A DNA stretch of 64,000 nt, from NCBI GenBank assembly GCA_013285995.1, contig JABDGN010000002.1, forward strand, positions 10,717 through 74,716, given 5' to 3'. Origin of the DNA: Gammaproteobacteria bacterium (lineage in GTDB: Bacteria > Pseudomonadota > Gammaproteobacteria > JABDGN01). Made by a program: the position numbers and the translations under genes. The notes below the pieces were generated by a model that did not search any database, had not been told where the DNA came from, and was given only the letters and a program-made list of their open reading frames with translations. This document shows, piece by piece, positions 43,072 to 52,078 of this stretch; within the stretch, counting starts at the first letter, position 1, and every line of letters starts with the position of its first letter.

Positions 43072-45465
43072 TTAATTGGATATTGAAACCGATGTATAAA
43101 ATAAGCCACTCACTGAAGCTACATATAACAAGCCAGTAGAGTCGAGATATAAACTTTGTATCAAAGGGTGCAACATCCATTTTTTGCCCAAATAGTTATC
43201 AAAATAATATTCTTGACCTGCGGCGGGTTTGCTAGCTATCGCCAAATCTGTACCTGCTGCGGCATAAATTGTGCCATTTTTATCAAGGGCTATTGCAGTG
43301 ACACGTCTATCTTTTAAGCCATCGTTATAGGTGCTAAAGTGGTAAGCGCTAGTTACACTGAGTTTTTTAGCAATCGCTATGCCTCCCGCCGGAGAACGCC
43401 AACCCATACCGGTCGCAGCATAAATTGTTGCAGCGCTATCAACCCATAGATCATGTACTTCTTCATTTGCAGCTAAGCCTGCTTTGAAATTAGTGAAATG
43501 ATAAGCAGCGCCTGGCAAAGGTTGATTGGCAACAGCAACACCAGCGGCGGTTGCGGCATAAACATCACCGCGTGAGTCAACAAACACACTTTCCACGCGC
43601 GGATTTTCTAAACCATCGCGATAGCTAATAAAATGATAAGCAGCATTTGCTAAAGGCTTGCTCGCAATGGCAATTCCCATATTGGTTGCCGCGTAGACAG
43701 TTCCATTGGAGTCAACAAAAAGATTGTTGACGATGGGGCTTTCTAAACCATCTCGATACTGTGTAAATTGATAGGTCGCTGTTTTAGTAGGTTTGGGGGC
43801 AATAGCAATACCATCGGATGTCGCTGCATACAAAGTGCCCGTATCATCCACTGTTAGTTTTGTTAAGGACCAAAAAGGAATCGAAGTAAAAGTATAGGCG
43901 CTATTGGAAAATTGCTGTTTAGCGATAAATATTCCACTTATGCCACCCAAATATAAAGTATGTTGTTTATCAACATAAATATCAGTTAAACCGTCAGATA
44001 ATAGTCCTTGCGACATAGTGAAAACGTAGCGTCCCGTTTCATCGGGTGCAGAAGCTTTATAAAAACTAGATTTATCTGCAGCATAGAGATTATGCTTAGA
44101 ATCTAAGCCAATCCCCGTTACATCTCTACCCACATTATCGACAGTGAAGTGATAGCTTTCTCCAGCGACAGGTTTTTTAGCAATCGCTATGCCACGTTTT
44201 GTTCCAGCGTATAGCGTGCCAGCGGTATCAACATAAATCGATTCTACGCATGGGGAAGGAAGTCCTGACTCATGATTAACAAAATGATACGGCGCATTTT
44301 CAGCGGGCTGAGTTGCAATGGAAATCCCACCTTTTTCTACTGGATCGATTATTTTTGGATCGCTAGGATTACAGGTTGCGGCATAAATTGTGCCATGGCC
44401 ATCAACAAAAATATTTCGTACGTTCACATCCCCTAAACCTGCTTGGTAATTAACAAAATGATATTCGTCACTATCTGTAGGTTTCTTTGCAATGGCGACT
44501 CCCTTTGAAGTGCCAAGATAAATAGTCCCTTTGTCATCAACATAAATACTATGAAAACTCGTGCCAGCTAATAAACCTTGCGCAGTATTTTTAAACTGGT
44601 AAGGTGCATCGCCCGCTGGCTTTTGCGCAATAGAAATACCTCCGGCGGTTGCAGCATACACCGTGCCAGCTTTATCAACGTAAACACTTGACACGCTGGC
44701 ACTGCCGAGTCCGGTTACGTAATTTGTGAATTGATACGCACCTGTATCAGCTTGTTTAAGGCCAATCGTTAAACCACCACTGCCTTCGGCAGCAATGTAT
44801 ACATTCCCTTGCGCGTCAGCAAAAATATTAGCGATATCGGAGCCCGTAAAACTTCCCTCTGCTAAGGTGGGGGTGTTTAATCTATTAAATAAACGCCAGC
44901 TTTTTCCTTGATCTGCGCTAATCGCAATGCCATTGGTACTGGCAAGGTAAATATTGTCGGCTTTATCAATATAAAGAGCGTTGTATGTAGCGATGCTGGG
45001 CAAACCGGTATAGCCAGTCGTATTGTCAGGTATTTGTAAAAAATGTTTGGGATCAACTTGATAAACATCCAAAGGTAAAACCTGATTTGCCTCTAACTTA
45101 ATACCGATAGGATGATCTTTGATGCCAGGATTGCCGATAAGTGTTTGGGGTGCGCTATAACGCAAATCAAAAGCACAGCTTGCTTCTGGAGCCAGCACTG
45201 CTCCATCACAGGTATTGTTTAAAATATCGAGCGTAATATGATCGGGATTAATCAGATTGGCTGAGTTTATGGCAGGGATGGCTTGCGAAACAGCACTGCT
45301 ATTTCGCAACACAATTTTGCCTATTGTCGTGTTATTTGTGTCGCCATCAAATGCGTAGAGGGCGTTGGCTGATGCAACATCCGTGACGATGGCCTCATTG
45401 GCCATGACAGAGTTAAAACCACTCAACAAGGTAGCGACTAAAATAAGGGACAATGTAGATTTCAT
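43072..45465 (-). CDS. secreted protein with ~14 tandem ~45-aa propeller-blade repeats and N-terminal choice-of-anchor-D/ASH-like domain
   Basis: Signal peptide present. The N-terminal domain has CDGAVLAPEASCAFDLRYSAP. The repeat consensus is YxFxNYxxGLxxxxVxxIYVDxxGTIYAATxxGIAIAxKP. Confidence 0.8.
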   Translation of the reverse strand: MKSTLSLILVATLLSGFNSVMANEAIVTDVASANALYAFDGDTNNTTIGKIVLRNSSAVSQAIPAINSANLINPDHITLDILNNTCDGAVLAPEASCAFDLRYSAPQTLIGNPGIKDHPIGIKLEANQVLPLDVYQVDPKHFLQIPDNTTGYTGLPSIATYNALYIDKADNIYLASTNGIAISADQGKSWRLFNRLNTPTLAEGSFTGSDIANIFADAQGNVYIAAEGSGGLTIGLKQADTGAYQFTNYVTGLGSASVSSVYVDKAGTVYAATAGGISIAQKPAGDAPYQFKNTAQGLLAGTSFHSIYVDDKGTIYLGTSKGVAIAKKPTDSDEYHFVNYQAGLGDVNVRNIFVDGHGTIYAATCNPSDPKIIDPVEKGGISIATQPAENAPYHFVNHESGLPSPCVESIYVDTAGTLYAGTKRGIAIAKKPVAGESYHFTVDNVGRDVTGIGLDSKHNLYAADKSSFYKASAPDETGRYVFTMSQGLLSDGLTDIYVDKQHTLYLGGISGIFIAKQQFSNSAYTFTSIPFWSLTKLTVDDTGTLYAATSDGIAIAPKPTKTATYQFTQYRDGLESPIVNNLFVDSNGTVYAATNMGIAIASKPLANAAYHFISYRDGLENPRVESVFVDSRGDVYAATAAGVAVANQPLPGAAYHFTNFKAGLAANEEVHDLWVDSAATIYAATGMGWRSPAGGIAIAKKLSVTSAYHFSTYNDGLKDRRVTAIALDKNGTIYAAAGTDLAIASKPAAGQEYYFDNYLGKKWMLHPLIQSLYLDSTGLLYVASVSGLFYTSVSISN

Positions 45466-45468
45466 TTT

Positions 45469-45876
45469 TTAACTCGCATTATTAGTGAAGGGGCAATCTC
45501 GAGCAATAACTTCTGGACACAAAGCATATTCGCCTTTATTTTTCCAATCCCGCCCAGGCACATACGACACAGTATTTGACACGCTAACTATTTGCACCGT
45601 TCCTTCGGTATCGGTGCCATAGGAACAAGAAACTTGTCCTGGTTCCGGTTTTAAATTACCTGTGTCAACCAAAGCGGTAGCACTATTAAAAAAATAGGGC
45701 ATGAGATGAGTTGATGTGGCCGCATTAGTGTGGACTTCCCATTGTGTTCCCATGGATCGGCAATGAGTAGTGGTGCACCATATTGTTTCCGGGCAATAAA
45801 AATTTTGTGCAGCTGCAGCAAAATCGATGCTAATAAAGAACAAGCTTAAAAATAAAGCGATAGATTTTTTTATCAT
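45469..45876 (-). CDS. small secreted Cys-rich protein
   Basis: Signal peptide ending FAAA, with eight Cys in the mature part. It is co-directional with the upstream propeller gene, 3 nt apart. Confidence 0.7.
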   Translation of the reverse strand: MIKKSIALFLSLFFISIDFAAAAQNFYCPETIWCTTTHCRSMGTQWEVHTNAATSTHLMPYFFNSATALVDTGNLKPEPGQVSCSYGTDTEGTVQIVSVSNTVSYVPGRDWKNKGEYALCPEVIARDCPFTNNAS

Positions 45877-46007
45877 ATTGAACTCCTTTTATTATTACAC
45901 TTCCATAATAAAGAAGTTATTATCGTATGACAATAGGGTTTGCTAATTATTTTTGACAAAACCTCAGAACAGAGCTACCTTATTAAAGCCCAAATGAGGA
46001 TAACACT

Positions 46008-46784
46008 ATGACCATTTCGCTTAAAGATAAAATTGTATTAATTACCGGTGCTTCAAGTGGTATTGGAGCGGCCTGTGCAAAATTATTTGCAGAGCAGGGG
46101 GCTAAGTTAATTTTAGCGGCGCGTCGAACGGAACGTTTAGCAGAACTCGCAAAAGAATTGTCTGCGAATAAGGTTCATTTATTGACGCTGGATGTGCAAA
46201 ATCATGCACAAGTAAAAACCCAATTGGAAAATTTGCCAGCGGAATGGCAGGCTGTCGATATTCTCATTAATAATGCGGGTTTAGCACGTGGTCTGGATCC
46301 GATTGCCAAGGGCGAAATTGCCGATTGGGATGCGATGATTGACACTAACATAAAAGGTTTATTATATGTAACACGCGCCATTATGCCTGGGATGCTGGAA
46401 CGCAATAGTGGTCATATTATTAATATCGGCTCAATTGCAGGGCGAGAAGTTTATCCGGGTGGTGCCGTGTATTGTGCGACCAAACATGCGCTGCATGCTT
46501 TAAGTAAAGGCATGAAAATGGATTGTCACGGCACACCGATTCGCGTTACCGAAATTCAACCCGGCTTAGTTGAAACTGAATATAGCGTGGTGCGTTATGC
46601 CGGTAATCAACAAAAAGCTGATTCTGTTTATGAGGGTATGACGCCCCTCATCGCCGAAGATATTGCCGACACCGCTGTATATGCAGCCACGCGTCCTTTA
46701 CATGTGGATATTCAGGAAATTTATGTAACGCCAGTTGCGCAAAGCGCCGCACATATGGTGCATCGCGCGTCGAAAGCGGGGTAA
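46008..46784 (+). CDS. short-chain dehydrogenase/reductase (YdfG-like NADP-dependent)
   Basis: TGASSGIG cofactor motif, NNAG, and the YCATKHA catalytic YxxxK. Confidence 0.88.
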   Translation: MTISLKDKIVLITGASSGIGAACAKLFAEQGAKLILAARRTERLAELAKELSANKVHLLTLDVQNHAQVKTQLENLPAEWQAVDILINNAGLARGLDPIAKGEIADWDAMIDTNIKGLLYVTRAIMPGMLERNSGHIINIGSIAGREVYPGGAVYCATKHALHALSKGMKMDCHGTPIRVTEIQPGLVETEYSVVRYAGNQQKADSVYEGMTPLIAEDIADTAVYAATRPLHVDIQEIYVTPVAQSAAHMVHRASKAG

Positions 46785-46953
46785 TTTTTCATATGCACCT
46801 TTCCACTTTTCACGTTTCGTGCTAAGATTTACGGCTTGGCTAGATTGTTGAAAACCATCCCTGGTTTTCATCGCTTCGCGACGCGCTAAAGCGCGACCCG
46901 AAATTCGTTCCAGACGAATTTGTCCCGCTTTCGCGGGAATGACGCCTAGAATC

Positions 46954-47032
46954 GGAAGCGTGGCAGAGTGGTTTTATAGAGAAGTAGTACCTAGTTGAAT
47001 TTCAGTTTTTCTTCGGAAGCGTGGCAGAGCGG
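46954..47032 (+). repeat. two partial copies of the tRNA-Ser 5' end plus first copy of a 64-nt direct repeat
   Basis: ggaagcgtggcagag occurs at 46954 and ggaagcgtggcagagcgg at 47015. The 64-nt unit 46969-47032 is identical to 47163-47226, which runs into the real tRNA. Confidence 0.85.
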
Positions 47033-47208
47033 GTGAGCAGGAAAAGAAAATGCACAGCATTTTCCCTGCGAACGCCGGAAGCAGGATGCTGAAGGCCGGG
47101 TTTCAAGCGTAGCAGGGACTGCGCAGCGCAGAAACAATGCACCGGAGGTGCATTCAACCGGTTGGTTTTATAGAGAAGTAGTACCTAGTTGAATTTCAGT
47201 TTTTCTTC

Positions 47209-47296
47209 GGAAGCGTGGCAGAGCGGTTGAATGCACCGGTCTTGAAAACCGGCGTGGGGCAACCCATCGTGAGTTCGAATCTCACCGCTTCCGCCA
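47209..47296 (+). tRNA. tRNA-Ser (anticodon TGA)
   Basis: 88 nt: GGAAGCG acceptor, long variable arm, CTTGAAA anticodon loop, GAGTTCGAATCTC T-arm and CGCTTCC-G-CCA 3' end. Confidence 0.93.
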
Positions 47297-47419
47297 TTTA
47301 AAATCAAGTAGTTCTGGGTTGGTCCGGAGTAATATGCCCCGTTAATAAAGTTAGAGCAAACCAATTACAAGATTGGTGAGCGCGCTATTTCTGAAATTGA
47401 AGATTGGCGGCTTCCTAAC

Positions 47420-47662
47420 TTGATAGAAATGGGAGGCAGTAGTCTAACATCACCTCAAAATGAAGCCATAATAAATGAAGCAGCTAGAAGATATCATCGG
47501 GCACCTTATTTAATTGCTCAGGCAGTTGGCCGCGTTCCACAAGATTTGCTCAAATCTTATGCTACGTATCTTCGAAGCAAACTTGATAGTAAGGAATTAC
47601 CTGAACGGAAAACCTATATCGGTACCGGTACCGTCTTCAACTGGGCTAGTGGTTGGTGGTGA
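47420..47662 (+). CDS. hypothetical ORF, possibly a gene remnant
   Basis: The open frame extends upstream to about 47335 without a start codon. No SD and no motif. Confidence 0.25.
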   Translation: MIEMGGSSLTSPQNEAIINEAARRYHRAPYLIAQAVGRVPQDLLKSYATYLRSKLDSKELPERKTYIGTGTVFNWASGWW

Positions 47663-47916
47663 TAATATGCTCCGTATAAGCCGCGCTGAATGCGGGCAAT
47701 CAGTCCTTTGTACACACCAGCGAGCTAATTTTTTGCAGCGCTAGTATTTTTCACATTGAGAATTTGGGCAGCTTTGTTCACATCAAAAACATTTCCAGCC
47801 AGCTTTGCAAATTGCCGGGATTTATCTCGAGGTGAATGCTCATTTAGGTATATCAATAGAATAAATAATCTTCCGCGGAGCTAATTATTTATTTCTCGCT
47901 CTTTTTTTTATGCAAG

Positions 47917-48075
47917 TTAGATGCGATCCCCCTGATCTCTAGCATAGGCTTGAGTGCGAGCGAGAAAATTGACGTACCAATCTACCAGCGTAAATTTTTC
48001 AGCAGGAACGTAATTTTTGATATTAAACCAAACGGGCAATTGCCCAGGTTTGGTGATTTTTTTAACTGATGGCAT
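47917..48075 (-). pseudogene. truncated paralog (52 codons) of the ICE 241-aa int-adjacent protein
   Basis: MPSVKKITKPGQLPVWFNIKNYVPAEKFTLVDWYVNFLARTQAYARD aligns with residues 10-55 of ORF 30048..30773 (TKAEQLPSWFNLENYLPTQGFNLLDWYTNFIVRNRAYTRY). About half the positions are identical, after which a stop follows. Confidence 0.65.
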
Positions 48076-48140
48076 AAAAAGTTGATTGCTAATTGTCGTG
48101 TATAATAACCCTGTGTATCACTACATGTCGCGAAGAATAT

Positions 48141-49211
48141 ATGGCATCAATATTATTACCTGTATTTAAAACAACCAATTCAATTACTCACGCATTAACT
48201 TTAATTGAGCGGGCACGTGGTTTTCTTGAAGCTGCAACTTTATCAGATGAATGGTTAAAAGAAATGCGTAGTCAAGCTTTTTTATTAGAAGCTCACCACA
48301 CAACTCACATAGAAGGAACACAATTAACGCTTGAACAATCAGAGCAATTATTAGCCGGGAAAAAATTAGATTCTGTTGATAAAGACGATGCTACAGAATT
48401 ATTAAATTACCGCGAGGCGTTTGAATTAGTGGCCAGTTATTTACAAGAAAGCACGCAGATTACTGAAGGGGTTATTCGTGAAATCCATAAACGCCTGGTG
48501 CAAGGTGTAAGGGGTGATAGTGCTGCGCCAGGAGAATATCGAACGTTGCAAAATTTTGTAGTAAATTCTCAAACAAAAGAAGTGATTTATACGCCACCAC
48601 CTGCGTATGATGTGCCTTTTATGATGACAGAATTAGTGGGGTGGCTGAATGATGAAAAAGAAATACATCCGGTTTTAGTTGCAGGTATAGCCCAATTCCA
48701 GTTAGTACACATCCATCCCTTCTTAGATGGAAACGGTAGAACGGCCAGACTTTTATCAACACTGAGTCTATATCGACATCAGTATGATTTTAAGCAATTG
48801 TTTAGTATTAGCGAATTTTATGATAGAAATCGGACAGATTATTATCGTGCCATTCAAAGTGTTCGCAACAATAATATGGATATGACAGAATGGCTTGAGT
48901 ATTTTTGCAGCGGGTTAGCGACTCAATTACAGGAAGTAAAAGAGCAGGGTGCTTACGCAATTAAACGCGATGTTATTGCGTCAAAAAATCATTTATCGAT
49001 ACGCCAAATTAGGGCACTTGATCATGTGTTCAAAAAAGGCAGTTTAAGTATTCAGGACTATGCTGTTATTTACCCTGATACACCTCGTCGAACATTACAA
49101 AGAGATCTGAAAGAGCTGGTTGATAAAAATATGTTTATAGCCTCTGGATCAACTAATAAACTCATTTACTTACCTCATCCCGATAGTGGCATACTTGCTA
49201 AAAATGGGTAG
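48141..49211 (+). CDS. fic: Fic family protein (AMPylase-type motif intact)
   Basis: HPFLDGNGRTARL matches HxFx(D/E)GNGRxxR. The upstream TTHIEG fits the inhibitory (S/T)xxxE(G/N) motif. The start is taken at MASILLPVFK. Confidence 0.88.
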   Translation: MASILLPVFKTTNSITHALTLIERARGFLEAATLSDEWLKEMRSQAFLLEAHHTTHIEGTQLTLEQSEQLLAGKKLDSVDKDDATELLNYREAFELVASYLQESTQITEGVIREIHKRLVQGVRGDSAAPGEYRTLQNFVVNSQTKEVIYTPPPAYDVPFMMTELVGWLNDEKEIHPVLVAGIAQFQLVHIHPFLDGNGRTARLLSTLSLYRHQYDFKQLFSISEFYDRNRTDYYRAIQSVRNNNMDMTEWLEYFCSGLATQLQEVKEQGAYAIKRDVIASKNHLSIRQIRALDHVFKKGSLSIQDYAVIYPDTPRRTLQRDLKELVDKNMFIASGSTNKLIYLPHPDSGILAKNG

Positions 49212-49239
49212 TAATCAAATAGAAACTGAGGGGTATGTC

Positions 49240-49297
49240 AAAACTTGCGCCAAACTTACGCCAAAACTTACGCCAAACTTGCGCCAAAACTTACGCC
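49240..49297 (+). repeat. five tandem 11/12-bp repeats AAA(A)CTTRCGCC
   Basis: The units aaaacttgcgcc, aaacttacgcc, aaaacttacgcc, aaacttgcgcc and aaaacttacgcc end 3 nt before the probable uvrC ATG. Confidence 0.9.
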
Positions 49298-49300
49298 AGC

Positions 49301-51118
49301 ATGTCTAGTTTTAATCCTACCGAATTTTTAAGCCACACCCCCATCCAACCTGGCGTCTACCAAATGCTGGATGAGAGCGGGCAAATCATTTACGTCGGCA
49401 AAGCTAAAAATCTCAAAGCTCGCCTCACTAGTTATTTTCAAACCAATACCACCAGCCCCAAAACGCGTTTGCTGGTCAGCCACATTGCTGACATTAAAAC
49501 TCTCGTTACACATACCGAAACTGAAGCTTTATTGCTCGAACAAACGCTGATTAAAGAGCATCATCCGCGTTATAACATTTTGCTGCGCGATGATAAATCC
49601 TATCCCTATATCTATTTATCGGACCATCCTGAGTTTCCGCATTTTCGCCTTTACCGCGGCCCCAAACGCAAAGGCGGGCAGTATTTTGGTCCGTATCCCA
49701 GCGCGCTCGCGGCGCGTGAAATGTTGGAGTGGATCCAAAAGTTTTTTAAAATCCGCTCCTGCAATGATACTTTTTTCGCGCATCGTTCACGACCCTGTTT
49801 GCAATATCAAATTAAACGTTGCAAAGCGCCTTGCGTTAATTTGGTGACGCAAACCGAATATCGGCACGATTTAAATTCGGCGATTTTGTTTTTGCAAGGT
49901 AAAGATGAAACGATTTTAGAAATGCTGCGCGCGAAAATGGAGCAAGCTTCCAATCAATTAGCTTTTGATAAAGCTATAGAATACCGAGACTTAATTGCTG
50001 ATCTTCAAGCGGTGCGGCAAAAACAACATGTCATACATCATGGCCTCACGCAAGAAGCGGATTTAATTTATTTCATCGCCGAATATGGCCTGGCTTGCGT
50101 ACAAAAAATTTTAATTCGCAATGGCAAAGTAGTGGCCGGCAAAAGTTTTTTCCCGAGCTTGCCGCCTGATACCGATTTACCGGAATTAGCACACGCTTTT
50201 ATGACCCAGCATTACTTAAATAATGAAGATATTCCAGAGCATATTTATTTGAATGTAGAATTTGAAGAGGCTATTTTATTAGAAACTTTGTTGAGTGAAA
50301 AGCTGCAACATAAAATCACCATTCATGTGCCCAAGCGGGGTGAAAAAGTAGAGTGGCTTGCGCTGGCAAAAACCAATGCTGAACAAGCGTTTGCGCAGTA
50401 TCGCGAGCAACGCGCGAGTTATGCCGAACGATTTACAGCTTTGCAAAAATTATTGCACAGTGAAAATCCTATTTTGCAAATGGAATGTTTTGATATCAGC
50501 CATACACAAGGCGAAGCGACCGTTGCTTCGTGCGTCGTGTTTGATGTACAAGGCGCAAAAAAAGCGGCTTACCGACGTTTCAATATCGAAAATATTATTC
50601 CCGGTGATGATTATGCCGCTATGGAACAAGCGCTGCGACGACGCTATCAACGACTAGTCGAAGAGCAGCAGGTTCTGCCAGATCTGCTCGTTATCGACGG
50701 CGGCAAGGGACAATTAGCTCAAGCAGAACGAGTACTAGCTGAATTAAATATTCATAATATGGCTTTAATTGGCATCGCTAAAGGCACAACGCGCAAGCCC
50801 GGTTTAGAAACTTTATTTTTAGAGAGTCGCGGGCAGGGGATTGATGCCAATGATGAACCGCTCGCGTTGCATTTATTGCAGGAAATTCGCGACGAAGCAC
50901 ATCGCTTTGCCATCACTGGTCATCGTGCACGACGCGCTAAACAGCGCGGGATTTCGCCTTTAGAGCATATTGAAGGCATTGGGCCCACGCGGCGACGTGA
51001 ATTATTGCGACACTTTGGTGGTTGGCAAGCCTTAAGCCAAGCGAGTGCTAAAGAACTAGCAGCGGTGGCAGGGATTAGTCGCAATTTGGCAGAAAAAATT
51101 CATAGCGCTTTACACTAA
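49301..51118 (+). CDS. uvrC: excinuclease ABC subunit C
   Basis: GIY-YIG N-terminus PGVYQMLDESGQIIYVGKAKNLKARL, UVR domain, and C-terminal HhH. The start is taken at MSSFNPTEF; the track start 49235 would translate the tandem repeat. Confidence 0.93.
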   Translation: MSSFNPTEFLSHTPIQPGVYQMLDESGQIIYVGKAKNLKARLTSYFQTNTTSPKTRLLVSHIADIKTLVTHTETEALLLEQTLIKEHHPRYNILLRDDKSYPYIYLSDHPEFPHFRLYRGPKRKGGQYFGPYPSALAAREMLEWIQKFFKIRSCNDTFFAHRSRPCLQYQIKRCKAPCVNLVTQTEYRHDLNSAILFLQGKDETILEMLRAKMEQASNQLAFDKAIEYRDLIADLQAVRQKQHVIHHGLTQEADLIYFIAEYGLACVQKILIRNGKVVAGKSFFPSLPPDTDLPELAHAFMTQHYLNNEDIPEHIYLNVEFEEAILLETLLSEKLQHKITIHVPKRGEKVEWLALAKTNAEQAFAQYREQRASYAERFTALQKLLHSENPILQMECFDISHTQGEATVASCVVFDVQGAKKAAYRRFNIENIIPGDDYAAMEQALRRRYQRLVEEQQVLPDLLVIDGGKGQLAQAERVLAELNIHNMALIGIAKGTTRKPGLETLFLESRGQGIDANDEPLALHLLQEIRDEAHRFAITGHRARRAKQRGISPLEHIEGIGPTRRRELLRHFGGWQALSQASAKELAAVAGISRNLAEKIHSALH

Positions 51119-51145
51119 ATGCCGGGAATCGCCTATAATTTTCCT

Positions 51146-51733
51146 ATGTTGAAAAAACACCTCCCTAATTTTCTCACTTGCAGTCGCGTGCTACTGATCC
51201 CTATTTTTGTGATTTTATTTTATTGTCCGTTTTTTTATGCCCATTTCATCGCCGGGCTTATTTTTGTGATTGCCTGTTTGACCGATTGGTTTGACGGCTA
51301 TTTAGCCCGACGTTTGCAAGTGACCAGTCCCTTCGGTGCGTTTTTGGATCCGGTGGCGGATAAAGTATTAATTGCGACGGCCTTAGTGATGATCGTCGCC
51401 GAGGGACCGAAAGATTTGGTGATCCCCGCTGCGATCATCATCGGTCGCGAAATTACCATTTCTGCCTTGCGCGAATGGATGGCCGAATTAGGCAAACGGG
51501 CGAGTGTGGCCGTCAATCAAATCGGAAAAGTGAAAACCGCACTGCAAATGATTGCTTTAGTGATGCTGATTATCCGTATTCCGCATGTTACGGATGGTTG
51601 GTTATGGCAACTCTTGCACGCAGAATGGTTTAGCGTGTTGGGCATTGTTTTGCTGTATCTCGCTGCTATTTTAACGGTGTGGAGTATGGTGGTTTACTGC
51701 CTCGCCGCGTGGCGAGTGTTGAAATCCGCTTGA
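51146..51733 (+). CDS. pgsA: CDP-diacylglycerol--glycerol-3-phosphate 3-phosphatidyltransferase
   Basis: NxLTxxR start (PNFLTCSRVLLIP). CDP-alcohol phosphatidyltransferase motif DWFDGYLARRL...GAFLDPVADK. Confidence 0.92.
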   Translation: MLKKHLPNFLTCSRVLLIPIFVILFYCPFFYAHFIAGLIFVIACLTDWFDGYLARRLQVTSPFGAFLDPVADKVLIATALVMIVAEGPKDLVIPAAIIIGREITISALREWMAELGKRASVAVNQIGKVKTALQMIALVMLIIRIPHVTDGWLWQLLHAEWFSVLGIVLLYLAAILTVWSMVVYCLAAWRVLKSA

Positions 51734-51852
51734 CAGTTCCAAAACTTCGGTTAGAATATGCGTCCCTGCGGGAAGTAAGGTCGGTTTGTAGGGGCGGGGC
51801 TTGACCCGCCCGTGTTAAGCGAAACGACCAAGCCGACAGCATACTAGATTAT

Positions 51853-51928
51853 GCGGGAATAGCTCAGTTGGTAGAGCGCAACCTTGCCAAGGTTGAGGTC
51901 GCGAGTTCGAGCCTCGTTTCCCGCTCCA
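51853..51928 (+). tRNA. tRNA-Gly (anticodon GCC)
   Basis: 76 nt: GCGGGAATAGCTCAGTTGGTAGAGC...CTTGCCAAG...GGTCGCGAGTTCGAGCCTCGTTTCCCGCTCCA. Confidence 0.95.
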
Positions 51929-51930
51929 TA

Positions 51931-51996
51931 TTAGTTGTCAGTTGTGAGTTGTCGGTTGTGAAATCTCACAACTCATCACTCACAACCCACAACCAA
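51931..51996. repeat. GTTGTGAG-type hairpin repeat element
   Basis: The left arm gttgtcagttgtgagttgtcggttgtg opposes the right arm ctcacaactcatcactcacaacccacaac. Confidence 0.85.
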
Positions 51997-52000
51997 TCAC

Positions 52001-52074
52001 GGCTGGGTGGCAGAGTGGTCATGCAGCGGCCTGCAAAGCCGTGGACGCCGGTTCGATTCCGACCCCAGCCTCCA
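52001..52074 (+). tRNA. tRNA-Cys (anticodon GCA)
   Basis: 74 nt: GGCTGGGTGGCAGAGTGG...CCTGCAAAGCC...GGTTCGATTCCGACCCCAGCCTCCA. Confidence 0.93.
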
Positions 52075-52078
52075 AATT

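Larger units (their letters stand above)
47297..49230. mobile_element. probable decayed genomic islet downstream of tRNA-Ser (remnant ORFs plus Fic gene)
   Basis: It lies directly 3' of a tRNA. It contains a truncated paralog of the ICE int-adjacent gene and start-less ORF fragments. No integrase remains. Confidence 0.35.
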
